This document shows, piece after piece, positions 27,704-37,168 of a stretch of 64,000 nt of DNA (the stretch's first letter is position 1; every line of letters starts with the position of its first letter). Below the pieces are notes generated by a model that was given only the letters and a program-made list of their open reading frames with translations, was not told where the DNA came from and searched no databases. Position numbers and translations under genes: made by a program. The DNA is taken from the IMG/VR virus record IMGVR_UViG_3300028030_000009, positions 1 to 64,000 of that record; one strand, given 5' to 3'. The DNA comes from a virus.

Positions 27704-28176
27704 TACTTTCCCCCTATTCTTGAAAGTCGAATGTCCTCGGCTACACGCCTCGTGACACCTAACACATAATTAAGGTCTGCCGGGTTGATTTGAATGTCTT
27801 CTATCATCCCTCGAAACTCATTAAAGTACCGATGCCGCCGACCGGAATCACTGCCAAGCCAATTCGCGAACATAATAGCAGAGTCCATAAGAAGATTTTC
27901 AAGCCCATGCTTATCTATGAATGCGTTGACAGAGCCTCCTCCATGATGAACCCAGTAATGTTCCTTGGAGCTAATGCAGCACACGAAATAGTCATTATGC
28001 CTAATTCTGCTCTTTGGTAGCCAGTGATGAACCTCCTCTCCTCCGTTAAACGGCATCCACTCATTATGAAGCCAAGCAATGTAGTCTTTTATTATCAAGG
28101 TGCCCTTCTTCATCTCCTTGTTTTTTATTCTTTTTTCTTTTGCTCTTTCGAGCCTTAGCCTAATATCATTGTCCAT
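27703..28176 (-). CDS. HNH-like (His-Me finger) protein
   Basis: EEVHHWLPKS...NDYFVCCISSKEHYWVH. Confidence 0.55.
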   Translation of the reverse strand: MDNDIRLRLERAKEKRIKNKEMKKGTLIIKDYIAWLHNEWMPFNGGEEVHHWLPKSRIRHNDYFVCCISSKEHYWVHHGGGSVNAFIDKHGLENLLMDSAIMFANWLGSDSGRRHRYFNEFRGMIEDIQINPADLNYVLGVTRRVAEDIRLSRIGGK

Positions 28177-28579
28177 CTGCCGTCCTAATCCATATAAGTG
28201 TGTTGACTCTCTCTATAACTGAGCGCACAAAATCTGCATGTTGGTTCTTTATCGGTCTTCCGTCAACCTTTCTTCCAACATCTGTCGATGCTTCAGTTTC
28301 ATAGTACATAGAGAGGGCAGCACGGATAACTCTCAGCTCTTCAACTCCGACATCGAGAGTATTCTTCCCAAAAACATCAGAGTGCACAGTTGCCTCAATC
28401 TCTCTTGCAAGGCTGTCTCCAACAACTTTTGCAATATCTATTGACGATGCAGTCGCCTCCTGTTGACTGATAGCCCTTTCTGCCTTAACACAATAAGAGG
28501 CGGATACTATATCGAACACGCCGTCTTTTTTGTGATGCAGAACTACTTTATCACGCACAGACATCTTTCGCATCCTCAA
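28166..28579 (-). CDS. hypothetical protein
   Basis: ORF in array. Confidence 0.6.
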   Translation of the reverse strand: MRMRKMSVRDKVVLHHKKDGVFDIVSASYCVKAERAISQQEATASSIDIAKVVGDSLAREIEATVHSDVFGKNTLDVGVEELRVIRAALSMYYETEASTDVGRKVDGRPIKNQHADFVRSVIERVNTLIWIRTADGQ

Positions 28580-28775
28580 ACTTTTTCTTTAGCCACGCGT
28601 ATTGGCTAGAATCATAGTCTTCGCAGCTAATCTCTCCGCTATCGACAAGGTCTACTGGCTCCTCTTCTTCGTACAGGACTGGCCCTGAGCATTCGTCATC
28701 TGCACCTTCTTCAACCTCAACAATTCTATATACCCTATAAACTCTTTCTTCCCACGAAACAACAACCTTTTTCAT
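28551..28775 (-). CDS. hypothetical protein
   Basis: 74 aa acidic ORF. Confidence 0.6.
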   Translation of the reverse strand: MKKVVVSWEERVYRVYRIVEVEEGADDECSGPVLYEEEEPVDLVDSGEISCEDYDSSQYAWLKKKFEDAKDVCA

Positions 28776-29071
28776 TGAAAACCTCCAGAATAACGCTCTT
28801 CAATTTCCTCAAGCAACCTGTCGTCGCTATACCCAATAGTCACCCTATCTGCCCCCCAGTACCCTCTCACAAAATCTTTATCAACAAAGATGTTTGGCCC
28901 TCCAAATGAGCACAGGACCTCAAAGTCAACAACATCTCCATAAGAGGGCGAGAAACATACCTTTTCCACAGAAAGTTGCTGGTCTAACCATTCCTGGATA
29001 TCGGTCTCTTCGTTTTCTAGCTCATCAGCGATTGACTCACACATTCGCTTTAATTCCTCTTTTGTGTCCAT
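28772..29071 (-). CDS. hypothetical protein (GGPNI motif)
   Basis: VLCSFGGPNIFVD...VRGYWG; AAGGAGG RBS. Confidence 0.65.
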   Translation of the reverse strand: MDTKEELKRMCESIADELENEETDIQEWLDQQLSVEKVCFSPSYGDVVDFEVLCSFGGPNIFVDKDFVRGYWGADRVTIGYSDDRLLEEIEERYSGGFQ

Positions 29072-29084
29072 TATGTCGTCCTCC

Positions 29085-29279
29085 TTAGGCATCAAAATAT
29101 TCTTGGCAAGACTGGACGAGCTCCTCGTCACCGCTTTCTGTATTGTATATGTCTACTGACACACCAATGTCGTTGTGTTTTACGACAATCCGAATATTCC
29201 CAGAAGAGATAAGAATTGAATCGTCCTCTTCTGTGGAAACGTCAAGCACGCAAAGTTCCTTGTCTTCTTTTACAACCAT
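29085..29279 (-). CDS. hypothetical protein
   Basis: 64 aa ORF. Confidence 0.55.
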   Translation of the reverse strand: MVVKEDKELCVLDVSTEEDDSILISSGNIRIVVKHNDIGVSVDIYNTESGDEELVQSCQEYFDA

Positions 29280-29290
29280 TTCATTCTCCT

Positions 29291-29557
29291 TTATTCAATT
29301 ACATGATTAAAAGTAAACACACAGCCGTCCTCATCTGTTGTCAACAAGCACATGTGCAAACTATCAAATCCTAGCCTTCCAACATCAATTTCTGTTTTGA
29401 TGTATTTCAGGCACTCTTCACATATGTCCTCAATGACTGTCCAGGAGCCAATCTCATCGCGTATATACTGTGATGCTTTCTCGGATACACTAAAGATTGC
29501 TCCGTCAGTCTCATCTCTTCCACACTCATCCATATCGCATACCCTAATACAACTCAT
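29291..29557 (-). CDS. hypothetical Cys-containing protein
   Basis: CDMDEC...DICEEC. Confidence 0.6.
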   Translation of the reverse strand: MSCIRVCDMDECGRDETDGAIFSVSEKASQYIRDEIGSWTVIEDICEECLKYIKTEIDVGRLGFDSLHMCLLTTDEDGCVFTFNHVIE

Positions 29558-29577
29558 GCTTTATCCTTTCCGCATTA

Positions 29578-29845
29578 TCAATCTTCGCAATACATGATTA
29601 CGTAGTCAAGAGGTGTTGGGTCTCCTTTTAGGTTCAGGCTATTCCAAACCTCAACCATATTCTCAACATCCTCCACCGCAAAAATAAGTTCCTCTCCATA
29701 ATCCTCGCCGTCATCACCAATCTTAATGTATGATGAGTATGGGCCCTTTTTTTGACGACAAGAACTCCTTCAATTCGTTCCACTCAAGTCCTGTAAGGCT
29801 ATAATCAACAAACTCCACAAGACTTCCTATTTTTTTATCACTCAT
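29578..29845 (-). pseudogene. gene broken by one extra base in an A7 run
   Basis: 268 nt (3n+1); removing one A at 29747-29753 gives an 88 aa ORF MSDKKIG...KKGPYSSYIKIGDDGEDYGEE...CED. Confidence 0.55.
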
Positions 29846-29869
29846 GACTTCTGCCGTTGTGTTTTTGTT

Positions 29870-29878
29870 TGTTATAAT
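29870..29878 (+). promoter_or_regulatory. extended -10 promoter TGTTATAAT
   Basis: just upstream of the AAGGA RBS and ATG 29898. Confidence 0.6.
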
Positions 29879-29897
29879 TCTAAAAAAAAGGATATTT

Positions 29898-30899
29898 ATG
29901 CGACATATCGAAAAAAGGGCCTCAGGGTTGCTGATGTCTGGTCTCGCCGCAGGGCTTGTCCATGGTACACAAAATGCCGCCCTCCTAAGAAAGCTGCATA
30001 ACAACACGCTTCACGAAACGGTGCTAAAGACGCTAAGGAATAGAGCCTCTGGCGCAAATGCAAATGTCCTTGATGGAGTAAAAAACTCGCTGATTCCAGA
30101 AATCGGTGTACTTGCCGACCACACATATTCAGAGGGTAATCGCATTAGAAATATGAGAAACAGGGACAGAGTTATTGCAGTCAACATGCTAAAAGGGAAC
30201 CTCTCAAGAGTTCTTGGTAGTAAAAATATTAGAAAAAGGGCTATCGGGCTGCTAAAACAAAACCCAAAAACAAAAGACTATGCAGATATGGTTTCAAGCC
30301 TTGAGCGGCTCGGGCTGCTTGACGATAAGAAATCACTGCATGCGCTTGAAAAACTATACAAAAGCGACCCACTCACAAGAAACATTGCAAAGCTTACTGA
30401 TGCAGTAAGTGGAAAACACATTCAAACACTAGCAAAAGGGTCTCCGACAACAAAAAAAGAGGGAGCTGGCGAGATAGCTGGAAACCTATTGTTTGCAGCC
30501 GCCGAACCTGTTGCTGCTGGCATGAATGTTACCAAAAGACTAATTGCCGACCATGAATCTGGAAAAAGTTTCGGCCCTGCAATATACAACCTTCTGAACA
30601 AAGCGCGCGAAGGAAGCAATTCTATCTTCATTAAGAAGCCAGTTAAAAAATCGTTTCTCGCAGGCTTAGGTGGCAAATACCAAAAGGGAGCAGTTGCAAA
30701 GAACAACGCATTAAAAATTAGCGGCAACGCCATCCTTGCCTCTGGCGCTGATTTTGCAGGTAAAGTCGGGCGGCTCGCAAGAGAAGAGGCCGCAAGAATA
30801 GGTGGAGCCAGCGGCCTAAAAGCAGTTGATGTTGCCGCAGCAGCTGCAGAGGCTGCTGAAAAGAAAAAGAAACGTTCGCTTTTCAAAAGAAAGTCGTAA
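29898..30899 (+). CDS. basic Ala/Gly-rich protein, putative internal head protein (lone + strand gene)
   Basis: MRHIEKRA|S N-terminal K-x-A; 333 aa, Lys-rich. Confidence 0.75.
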   Translation: MRHIEKRASGLLMSGLAAGLVHGTQNAALLRKLHNNTLHETVLKTLRNRASGANANVLDGVKNSLIPEIGVLADHTYSEGNRIRNMRNRDRVIAVNMLKGNLSRVLGSKNIRKRAIGLLKQNPKTKDYADMVSSLERLGLLDDKKSLHALEKLYKSDPLTRNIAKLTDAVSGKHIQTLAKGSPTTKKEGAGEIAGNLLFAAAEPVAAGMNVTKRLIADHESGKSFGPAIYNLLNKAREGSNSIFIKKPVKKSFLAGLGGKYQKGAVAKNNALKISGNAILASGADFAGKVGRLAREEAARIGGASGLKAVDVAAAAAEAAEKKKKRSLFKRKS

Positions 30900-31265
30900 T
30901 TAAACATTCTCAACAACAAAAGATGCGCCTTTAAAAAGGTCCCTGAATTTTGAGTCAAGCTTTAGCTTCTCAATCACTTTGTCAACGAGTGCCTTCATCC
31001 ACGGCCTCGTGGCATCAACACTTTCTGCACTAAGTGTTAGGACGCCATTGTTGTCATTAACCTTCACCCCTTTTATGACGACTTCGTCACTTTTTGTTTC
31101 TCCGTTAAGAGTTAAATCAATAGTCATATCTGACACTACGCCATTCTTCTTTCCAAGTTTCACACTGTTAATCGTAACAATGTCTCCGTATGCGCCGTTG
31201 ACATACTCTCGAATAAAGCCTTCCACAAATCTGTCTTTAACTCCACCAAGAATTTTATTTAGCAT
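30900..31265 (-). CDS. hypothetical protein
   Basis: MLNKILGG start with AAGGAGG RBS. Confidence 0.65.
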   Translation of the reverse strand: MLNKILGGVKDRFVEGFIREYVNGAYGDIVTINSVKLGKKNGVVSDMTIDLTLNGETKSDEVVIKGVKVNDNNGVLTLSAESVDATRPWMKALVDKVIEKLKLDSKFRDLFKGASFVVENV

Positions 31266-31875
31266 TTTTGGCCTCCTTAAGTTTGTTTTCAATTGCAATT
31301 GCAGCCTCCGCCGCTAAGTTTACTTGTTCTACATCAAAGTCTGCCAACCAAATCCATGTACCGTCGCGCTGCTTTCTGTACAAGCCAATCATGTCTGCCT
31401 CTGCAATTCCTGCTTCTTCAAACTCCTCCTCTCCATCGCCTGAATATACTTTTTTTACAGGTCTAAACTGAACATGTTCAAGTGAATTGAGCTTATCGGC
31501 ATGATTGTCGTAGTCATGAATTCTGATAAGTTTTTTTACCTCATCGGCAGACGGAAATGCAATTGATATAGACAGCACATCGTTTTTGTACACACCGAAA
31601 CTATCGCAATTTGAGCCAACCCGCTCTTCTGTTTTTACAAGCGACACCTCATCAGCATATGGAATCATTTTTTCAGCATAAATGCATTCTTCTCCTTCCT
31701 TGCTTTTGATTGAGTCAATGTTGGCAATATATTCTCCGTCTTCGATATCCCCAATAACCGTTACATTTGCTTCGGCGCCATCGTATGTTGCGATTGCATT
31801 TCCGTTATCAACGCTGATGATTGCTACGACGCCAGTGTCGTAAAGGTTTTTTGTTGAAATTGTCTTTGTTTCCAT
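31255..31875 (-). CDS. hypothetical protein
   Basis: 206 aa ORF. Confidence 0.7.
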   Translation of the reverse strand: METKTISTKNLYDTGVVAIISVDNGNAIATYDGAEANVTVIGDIEDGEYIANIDSIKSKEGEECIYAEKMIPYADEVSLVKTEERVGSNCDSFGVYKNDVLSISIAFPSADEVKKLIRIHDYDNHADKLNSLEHVQFRPVKKVYSGDGEEEFEEAGIAEADMIGLYRKQRDGTWIWLADFDVEQVNLAAEAAIAIENKLKEAKNAK

Positions 31876-31903
31876 AGTGTTCCTTATATTTGTTTGTTTT
31901 TTA

Positions 31904-32467
31904 TTACGACTTGCATGTTCCGAGTGTAAGTTCTGTTAATGTGTCAAAGTCTATTTTGCCTGACAAGAATGTCTCAAAAACTTTACACGGAATGTCGGGA
32001 GAGTACAGCCCACCACCCATGGCTTTTCTGAGCTCGTCTTTTACTATAGCTATAGCAAATTTATCAAGCTTTTCATCGGAAAGCTTGACGAGCTTGGAGT
32101 AGTGATGAATCAGGGATACTGACTCTGGATAACAATATCCGTCCTCACAATAACCGGAAACATCAAACGAGAATCCGATGGTATTTTTTGGATTTGACCT
32201 CATATAGTCAACTGCCTCAAAAAGTTCATCGATTTCGTACTTATCAAGCATAACGCCTTGCGCAGACGGAAATGATGCAACCTCACTCTCGGCACGGTCT
32301 ATGAGCATCGTTTTGATTCTTTTTTTTCTGTCATCTTCCTCTTTTCTGATATTGCTTAGGACATTGTTCAAAACTCCATCTTTTTCAGCTTGAGCAAGCG
32401 ATGCATGCACCTCTGCGATTTCTTTTTTTGCTTCTTCAATCTTTTTAAGCACCTCTTTGTTAGTCAT
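31904..32467 (-). CDS. hypothetical protein
   Basis: 187 aa, N-terminal coiled coil. Confidence 0.7.
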   Translation of the reverse strand: MTNKEVLKKIEEAKKEIAEVHASLAQAEKDGVLNNVLSNIRKEEDDRKKRIKTMLIDRAESEVASFPSAQGVMLDKYEIDELFEAVDYMRSNPKNTIGFSFDVSGYCEDGYCYPESVSLIHHYSKLVKLSDEKLDKFAIAIVKDELRKAMGGGLYSPDIPCKVFETFLSGKIDFDTLTELTLGTCKS

Positions 32468-32481
32468 GTCAATCCTCCTTT

Positions 32482-33213
32482 TTATACATATTGTTCTAGT
32501 GTGTACCTCAGGTCTTCACTCATGTCGCTGATATTCTCAAGCATCCATTGCAAATACCCTGGGTTTTCAGAAGCAACATCGCTTATGCGTTGCCCTTTGT
32601 ATTTTCCAAACGGAAACTCTTTTACCTTAACTGGCTGTTTTGTCAACCTTAGAAGTGTAGCCACATGCCCGTCAACCTTGTCAAGCAAGTGCATCGCTAA
32701 CAAATATAGCATCATTGTGTCATACATTGCATTATGGGCGCCAAGACAAGAAGTGTCTATTTTTAGCTTGCTTGCTAGGTCATCCATTTTTCTGTTGAGC
32801 CCATATTGGTAATATAGCACGCCAAGAGAATAGCCCTCTGCATCTTCAAGCAAGTGCTTTGAGCACCTTAGGGTGTCTACTACTGGGTATTCTGGAGACG
32901 CTCCATTTCTGCTGAGCATCTTGATATCAAAATCTGCGTTATGCGCAAAGCCGACACACCTTGTCATGCCTCTCTTTTTGAATCGACTCACCATCTCAAT
33001 AGAGTCTGAGAGCATAGGCTTGTCGGCAAGATATTCGTTTGTTAATCCATGAATTGCCATTGCCTTAAACCCAACTGGCTTCGACGGCTTGAATTCTTTC
33101 ACGAACGGAGTTAGCTTTTCTCCAGCCATATCAATATACGCAAGCTGGACCACCTCATCGTCTTCATCAAAACCTGTAGTCTCTGTGTCAAAAAAAGTGA
33201 ACCTCATCCTCAT
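32482..33213 (-). CDS. DEDDh 3'-5' exonuclease, exonuclease X-like
   Basis: FDTETTG, AHNADFD, AHNAMYD motifs plus C-terminal FPFGKYKG...PGYLQWML domain. Confidence 0.9.
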   Translation of the reverse strand: MRMRFTFFDTETTGFDEDDEVVQLAYIDMAGEKLTPFVKEFKPSKPVGFKAMAIHGLTNEYLADKPMLSDSIEMVSRFKKRGMTRCVGFAHNADFDIKMLSRNGASPEYPVVDTLRCSKHLLEDAEGYSLGVLYYQYGLNRKMDDLASKLKIDTSCLGAHNAMYDTMMLYLLAMHLLDKVDGHVATLLRLTKQPVKVKEFPFGKYKGQRISDVASENPGYLQWMLENISDMSEDLRYTLEQYV

Positions 33214-33634
33214 CCTTCATTGAAAATTTCGCTATCCACTCTGGCCCCCAAGACTCAAAATCGTCATCTAGGCTTACCTTGTCATACATTTCACAGTACC
33301 ATTTATCACACTCACCACCTATCTCGAACTTTAGAGCAATTTCTCTTGTTCTTTTCATTAGAAAAACGTACAGCTCAGCAGTCCCATCTGGAGCAATATT
33401 TGTTTTTGTCCTAGTGATGGAACATGCCATGCGCTCATGAGCAATTCTATGCTTTGCCACTTGCTTGCCTTTGGCTGATAGAGCACATGTAAAGTGCTTA
33501 CAGTTGTCAATTTCGACCGAAAGAGAATATTGCTCGCCGCCAATTTTTACCTCAAATGTAGCACTTTTATCTGAAGCATTTGCGATGACTGCATGTGTCG
33601 CCATGCAATCTCTCATTGGAATCTCGTATCGCAT
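33188..33634 (-). CDS. hypothetical protein, paralog of 33678..34076
   Basis: shares SDK.A.F, YSL, NC, HE..AC.IT, FE.GG, YC, DDFE.W. Confidence 0.7.
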   Translation of the reverse strand: MRYEIPMRDCMATHAVIANASDKSATFEVKIGGEQYSLSVEIDNCKHFTCALSAKGKQVAKHRIAHERMACSITRTKTNIAPDGTAELYVFLMKRTREIALKFEIGGECDKWYCEMYDKVSLDDDFESWGPEWIAKFSMKDEDEVHFF

Positions 33635-33677
33635 TTTAAAAATCCTTTCTTTGCAAGAAAATACCGTTTCTTTGCAT

Positions 33678-34076
33678 TTAGGCTAGTCTGAACTGATGCT
33701 CGCTGGAAAGTTTCCACGCCTCGAAATCGTCATTTTCTTCAGCATGGTAAACGCTGCAGTATCCAATCACACCGTGACCTCCGACCTCAAACCTTACAAC
33801 AATCTTGTTTTTCTTCTTCAGGAGATGAATATACATAAACACTTCTCCATCATCCTCGTGTACGACCGCATCGGTTATCTTGCATGCTACAGACTCGTGG
33901 AGCACCCTATTTTCAAGTACTTTTTTTTCGCAGCACCTGAATTCATACACAAACGAGTTACAGTTTTCAACATCGATAGTTAGTGAATACTTGTTGCCAG
34001 AAAGCTCAAAATTGAATACAGCATGCTTATCTGAACACAGTACAACCTCCGCATTAGATGCGCTATAATTGTCCAT
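33678..34076 (-). CDS. hypothetical protein, paralog of 33188..33634
   Basis: same motifs as its neighbour. Confidence 0.7.
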   Translation of the reverse strand: MDNYSASNAEVVLCSDKHAVFNFELSGNKYSLTIDVENCNSFVYEFRCCEKKVLENRVLHESVACKITDAVVHEDDGEVFMYIHLLKKKNKIVVRFEVGGHGVIGYCSVYHAEENDDFEAWKLSSEHQFRLA

Positions 34077-34078
34077 GT

Positions 34079-34675
34079 CTACTCCTCATCATCATACGGT
34101 TCGTACCAAGGCGACTCTGAATACTCGCCTTCGTATTCGCTGATAATTTCTCCATTTTCAGCCTCAACCTTTCTGTAATAGAACATCCCTGAGTCTCCAT
34201 CTTCAAATACACCAGAGAGCCCATACTCCTTCACTATCGTCACAAACCACTCATAAGGCCCATTCCATGGCGACATAAACGAGAAGAACGCCCAGCATTC
34301 GTCTTTGTTGTGGCTGCACGAAATATCGTGCGCCAAGTCGTCTTTGTCGATGTTCCATTTTGTTCCCCAGTTTTTTAGAGCCCAATCATACCAGTCGTTA
34401 GCCCCGCACCTGTTTACGACAGAGTCTTTTATCTTTGAAAGACCGAATCTGCACGGGCTGTTTTCATTGTCTTTTTTGTACTTTCTGCACTCTTTGGCAT
34501 ACTCTCTCCACTCTTCTTTCGACACAACATCACAAGGAGCAGTGTACACTTTTAGTGGGGCTGGCATTTTTGTTTTTCCCCAGTCATAGCCATGCTCTAC
34601 TGTGTTTTCATACACCTCCTTGACCGCATCTTTTTTCCCACGAATTTCAATGTTTACGTCTGCCCAATTTGGCAT
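34079..34675 (-). CDS. DUF1281/YubB-like ferredoxin-fold protein
   Basis: MPNW...DWYDWALKNWGTKWN...FMSPWNGP. Confidence 0.75.
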   Translation of the reverse strand: MPNWADVNIEIRGKKDAVKEVYENTVEHGYDWGKTKMPAPLKVYTAPCDVVSKEEWREYAKECRKYKKDNENSPCRFGLSKIKDSVVNRCGANDWYDWALKNWGTKWNIDKDDLAHDISCSHNKDECWAFFSFMSPWNGPYEWFVTIVKEYGLSGVFEDGDSGMFYYRKVEAENGEIISEYEGEYSESPWYEPYDDEE

Positions 34676-34688
34676 GTCTCACCCCCTA

Positions 34689-34931
34689 TTATTTAGAAAA
34701 AATTTTCTCATCATCACTGTTGTAGATGTCAATTACATCGGCCTCGAAATTTACCCACACAATGTCGTCTTCTTTGCTTACAGACACCACTGGGCCAGAA
34801 ATAAAGTGCCTATCGCCAACAGATTTGCACAGAACATCGTCGTCTAGCTCAAAGTTGTCTAGCATAAAAAGCACAAGCTCTTTTACTGTCACGTTTTCCT
34901 CCTTTTTGCCATAACTGCAAAATAGCAGCAA
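34689..34931 (-). CDS. hypothetical protein
   Basis: ORF in array; start uncertain. Confidence 0.5.
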   Translation of the reverse strand: MLLFCSYGKKEENVTVKELVLFMLDNFELDDDVLCKSVGDRHFISGPVVSVSKEDDIVWVNFEADVIDIYNSDDEKIFSK

Positions 34932-34934
34932 GAA

Positions 34935-35156
34935 CTATTCTGCGCTATCTGTATTGCAGAGCTGCTCTTCGTCAAAGAAGAAATCGATATCTTCATCGTT
35001 TTCTCCACCAGCGCACCCAGCAGGGATATAGGAGTCCCCGTCTATTTTTCCGTTGTTCCTGATTGCTTCAAGAACCTTTTTGCCATCATCAATCATGTCT
35101 TTATCAATCTCGAAACTTACTCCAAGACGAATCCATGCTTTTACCTTTTTACTCAT
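34935..35156 (-). CDS. hypothetical protein
   Basis: KAWIRLGVS...IDGDSYIP. Confidence 0.6.
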   Translation of the reverse strand: MSKKVKAWIRLGVSFEIDKDMIDDGKKVLEAIRNNGKIDGDSYIPAGCAGGENDEDIDFFFDEEQLCNTDSAE

Positions 35157-35727
35157 CCTCGCACGCTCCTTCTTCTTCAATGTCATCAAACTCAAACTCA
35201 AGCTCGCCAACTTCTTTCATATCTGAGGCTGTACACTCGTCAGCAATTTTGATTGCCTCATCTTCGCTATTTGCGCATACCTCGACAACAAAAGTCTCTG
35301 TTTGCTTGTAATACACTCGGTATTTTTTCATTTTCCCCTCCTTGTTTTCTGTTTTTAGTTCTACCTTCTTTTCGAAAATTGCATAGTCTTTCTCTGCGTC
35401 AACGTTGTATACAACAACACTGAATGTTTTAGAGTTTTTATCAAAAACACCTGTGACTGTATGTATATCGCCGCCACTCTCAAAGACACCTTTGTTTATG
35501 ATTTTTGTTCCACTGTCATCATCGTCTGCTACGGCACGCAGTACTTTCTTAAACCCTTTTGGCACTTCGATGTTTTCATCAAACAAGACGCTGTTGTTCT
35601 TAACCAACGACAAATACACGAAAGCATCGTTTTGCCATCCAAAATAGAATTTATACTCATCTGCGCCATCCGTAAAAACAAACTTGGCATACCTGTCTTT
35701 TATCTCAGACCCAAAAAAACTAATCAC
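35149..35727 (-). CDS. hypothetical protein fused in frame to a DpnD/PcfM-like module
   Basis: internal AAGGAGGGG RBS and ATG at 35331: MKKYRVYYKQTETFVVEVCANSEDEA. Confidence 0.6.
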   Translation of the reverse strand: MISFFGSEIKDRYAKFVFTDGADEYKFYFGWQNDAFVYLSLVKNNSVLFDENIEVPKGFKKVLRAVADDDDSGTKIINKGVFESGGDIHTVTGVFDKNSKTFSVVVYNVDAEKDYAIFEKKVELKTENKEGKMKKYRVYYKQTETFVVEVCANSEDEAIKIADECTASDMKEVGELEFEFDDIEEEGACEDE

Positions 35728-35752
35728 ACCGCTAACCTCCTATTTGTCTATG

Positions 35753-35761
35753 TGTTATAAT
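35753..35761 (+). promoter_or_regulatory. extended -10 promoter TGTTATAAT
   Basis: upstream of the AAGGA RBS and ATG 35780. Confidence 0.6.
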
Positions 35762-35779
35762 TATGAAAAAAGGACATAT

Positions 35780-36079
35780 ATGACACTGCTATCAAAAATG
35801 GCCTCAGGTCAGAATCCGTATTCGCCTAAATCTTTGAAGTTTGGAGTAACGCTGAAGAAAAAAATCCACAAGCAGAGCACGCGCTCAAAACTTGCAGAGA
35901 AGTTTGGCAACAAGGCTTTCTTGATGCCTCAAGAGAAAAAATTTCCGATAATCAACCCAAACACTGGAAAAGTTAGCTGCAAGCTCCTAAAAGCAGCCAA
36001 AATTCGTGCATCACAGCATGGGTATTCCGATGTTATTAGCAAGGCAGATAAGCTTCTACAAGAGCACGGCTGCATGTAG
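35780..36079 (+). CDS. small basic protein (lone + strand gene)
   Basis: MTLLSKMA|S; AFLMPQEKKFPI...AAKIRASQ. Confidence 0.7.
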   Translation: MTLLSKMASGQNPYSPKSLKFGVTLKKKIHKQSTRSKLAEKFGNKAFLMPQEKKFPIINPNTGKVSCKLLKAAKIRASQHGYSDVISKADKLLQEHGCM

Positions 36080-36081
36080 GA

Positions 36082-36459
36082 TTACCCGAACTCCTCCCAT
36101 GCAACAATCTTTGCTCCCAGAGAATTGAGTGGCTCTGGAAGAGAGAAGTTTTGGATTGTAAAAAAACCATCCTCAACAATCTCTCCTATATCAGGGTCAT
36201 CTTGCTCTGTGTATGAATAAGAGATTCCTAGGTCGTACCCGGTCTTGTTTAGGAAGCACTCTGCAAGCTCAATCCATGCATCACGAATCGGCTTTGACTC
36301 AGGCATATCTTCATAGTCTACAACATATTCTCGTAGCGAAACTCCCTTGTCTTCTAAGGCCGTGATAAACCTATCATACTGCTCTTTACACATTTTCTCT
36401 ACACTATCAGATGGAATGTAAACATCCCATGCACCATAAGACATCATCCCCATTTTCAA
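36082..36459 (-). CDS. hypothetical protein
   Basis: 125 aa ORF. Confidence 0.65.
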   Translation of the reverse strand: MKMGMMSYGAWDVYIPSDSVEKMCKEQYDRFITALEDKGVSLREYVVDYEDMPESKPIRDAWIELAECFLNKTGYDLGISYSYTEQDDPDIGEIVEDGFFTIQNFSLPEPLNSLGAKIVAWEEFG

Positions 36460-36671
36460 TCCTTACAAAATTTATCCAACAGAGCAATCAACGTAATACC
36501 AAATAAAAAAGACACTGATGACATCGTTGCCCCTCGCAGCACTACCCAATCAGTACCATCAACAACAATTCTTACGATACAAAAAATTGAAAGCAGGCCG
36601 GACAGGACAAAGAAGCCAAGCATAAACCCAAAGACTATCTGACACAGAACTTCTCTTGCATTTTTGCTCAT
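36456..36671 (-). CDS. small two-TM membrane protein
   Basis: two hydrophobic helices. Confidence 0.6.
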   Translation of the reverse strand: MSKNAREVLCQIVFGFMLGFFVLSGLLSIFCIVRIVVDGTDWVVLRGATMSSVSFLFGITLIALLDKFCKD

Positions 36672-36901
36672 TTTTTGTCCTTACACTCGTAAACCCCAGT
36701 AAGCGTTTCCTCTGTTGTCTCTGACGTATCAATAATAGATTCGTCAACAACCACGAATTCAGCAAATACTTCCCCGATGCCGTCGTTCATTGCACTCTCT
36801 ACTTTTTTGATAGCCTCCTCTTTGTTGTCTGCTTCAATTTCGATTGTGTATTCATTGACAGCCGTTTCAACACACTCTATTGTCGCGCAATATTTCGCCA
36901 T
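36668..36901 (-). CDS. DpnD/PcfM-like small protein
   Basis: YTIEIEADNKEEAIKKV. Confidence 0.6.
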   Translation of the reverse strand: MAKYCATIECVETAVNEYTIEIEADNKEEAIKKVESAMNDGIGEVFAEFVVVDESIIDTSETTEETLTGVYECKDKK

Positions 36902-36904
36902 AGT

Positions 36905-37168
36905 TTACCCCTTGTAGTTTGTTTGATTGATTTTTTCAATGATTCTGTCAAATAAAAACTTCTCATCACGAGCAACGATGAACATCAACGGATTCTTTTT
37001 GAAGTGCTCAAACTTCTCCATCAGATACCCCTCGTCCTCATAGACATCCTGCATCAACTCTTTGAATATGTCAAAATTAACACGATTCCATGTGTATTTT
37101 GCAAACAGTCTTGCACACTCATATAACTCATCTTTGTTCTCAAGCATGTTACCTCCTTTTGCTATCAC
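36905..37168 (-). CDS. hypothetical protein
   Basis: ORF in array. Confidence 0.6.
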   Translation of the reverse strand: MIAKGGNMLENKDELYECARLFAKYTWNRVNFDIFKELMQDVYEDEGYLMEKFEHFKKNPLMFIVARDEKFLFDRIIEKINQTNYKG

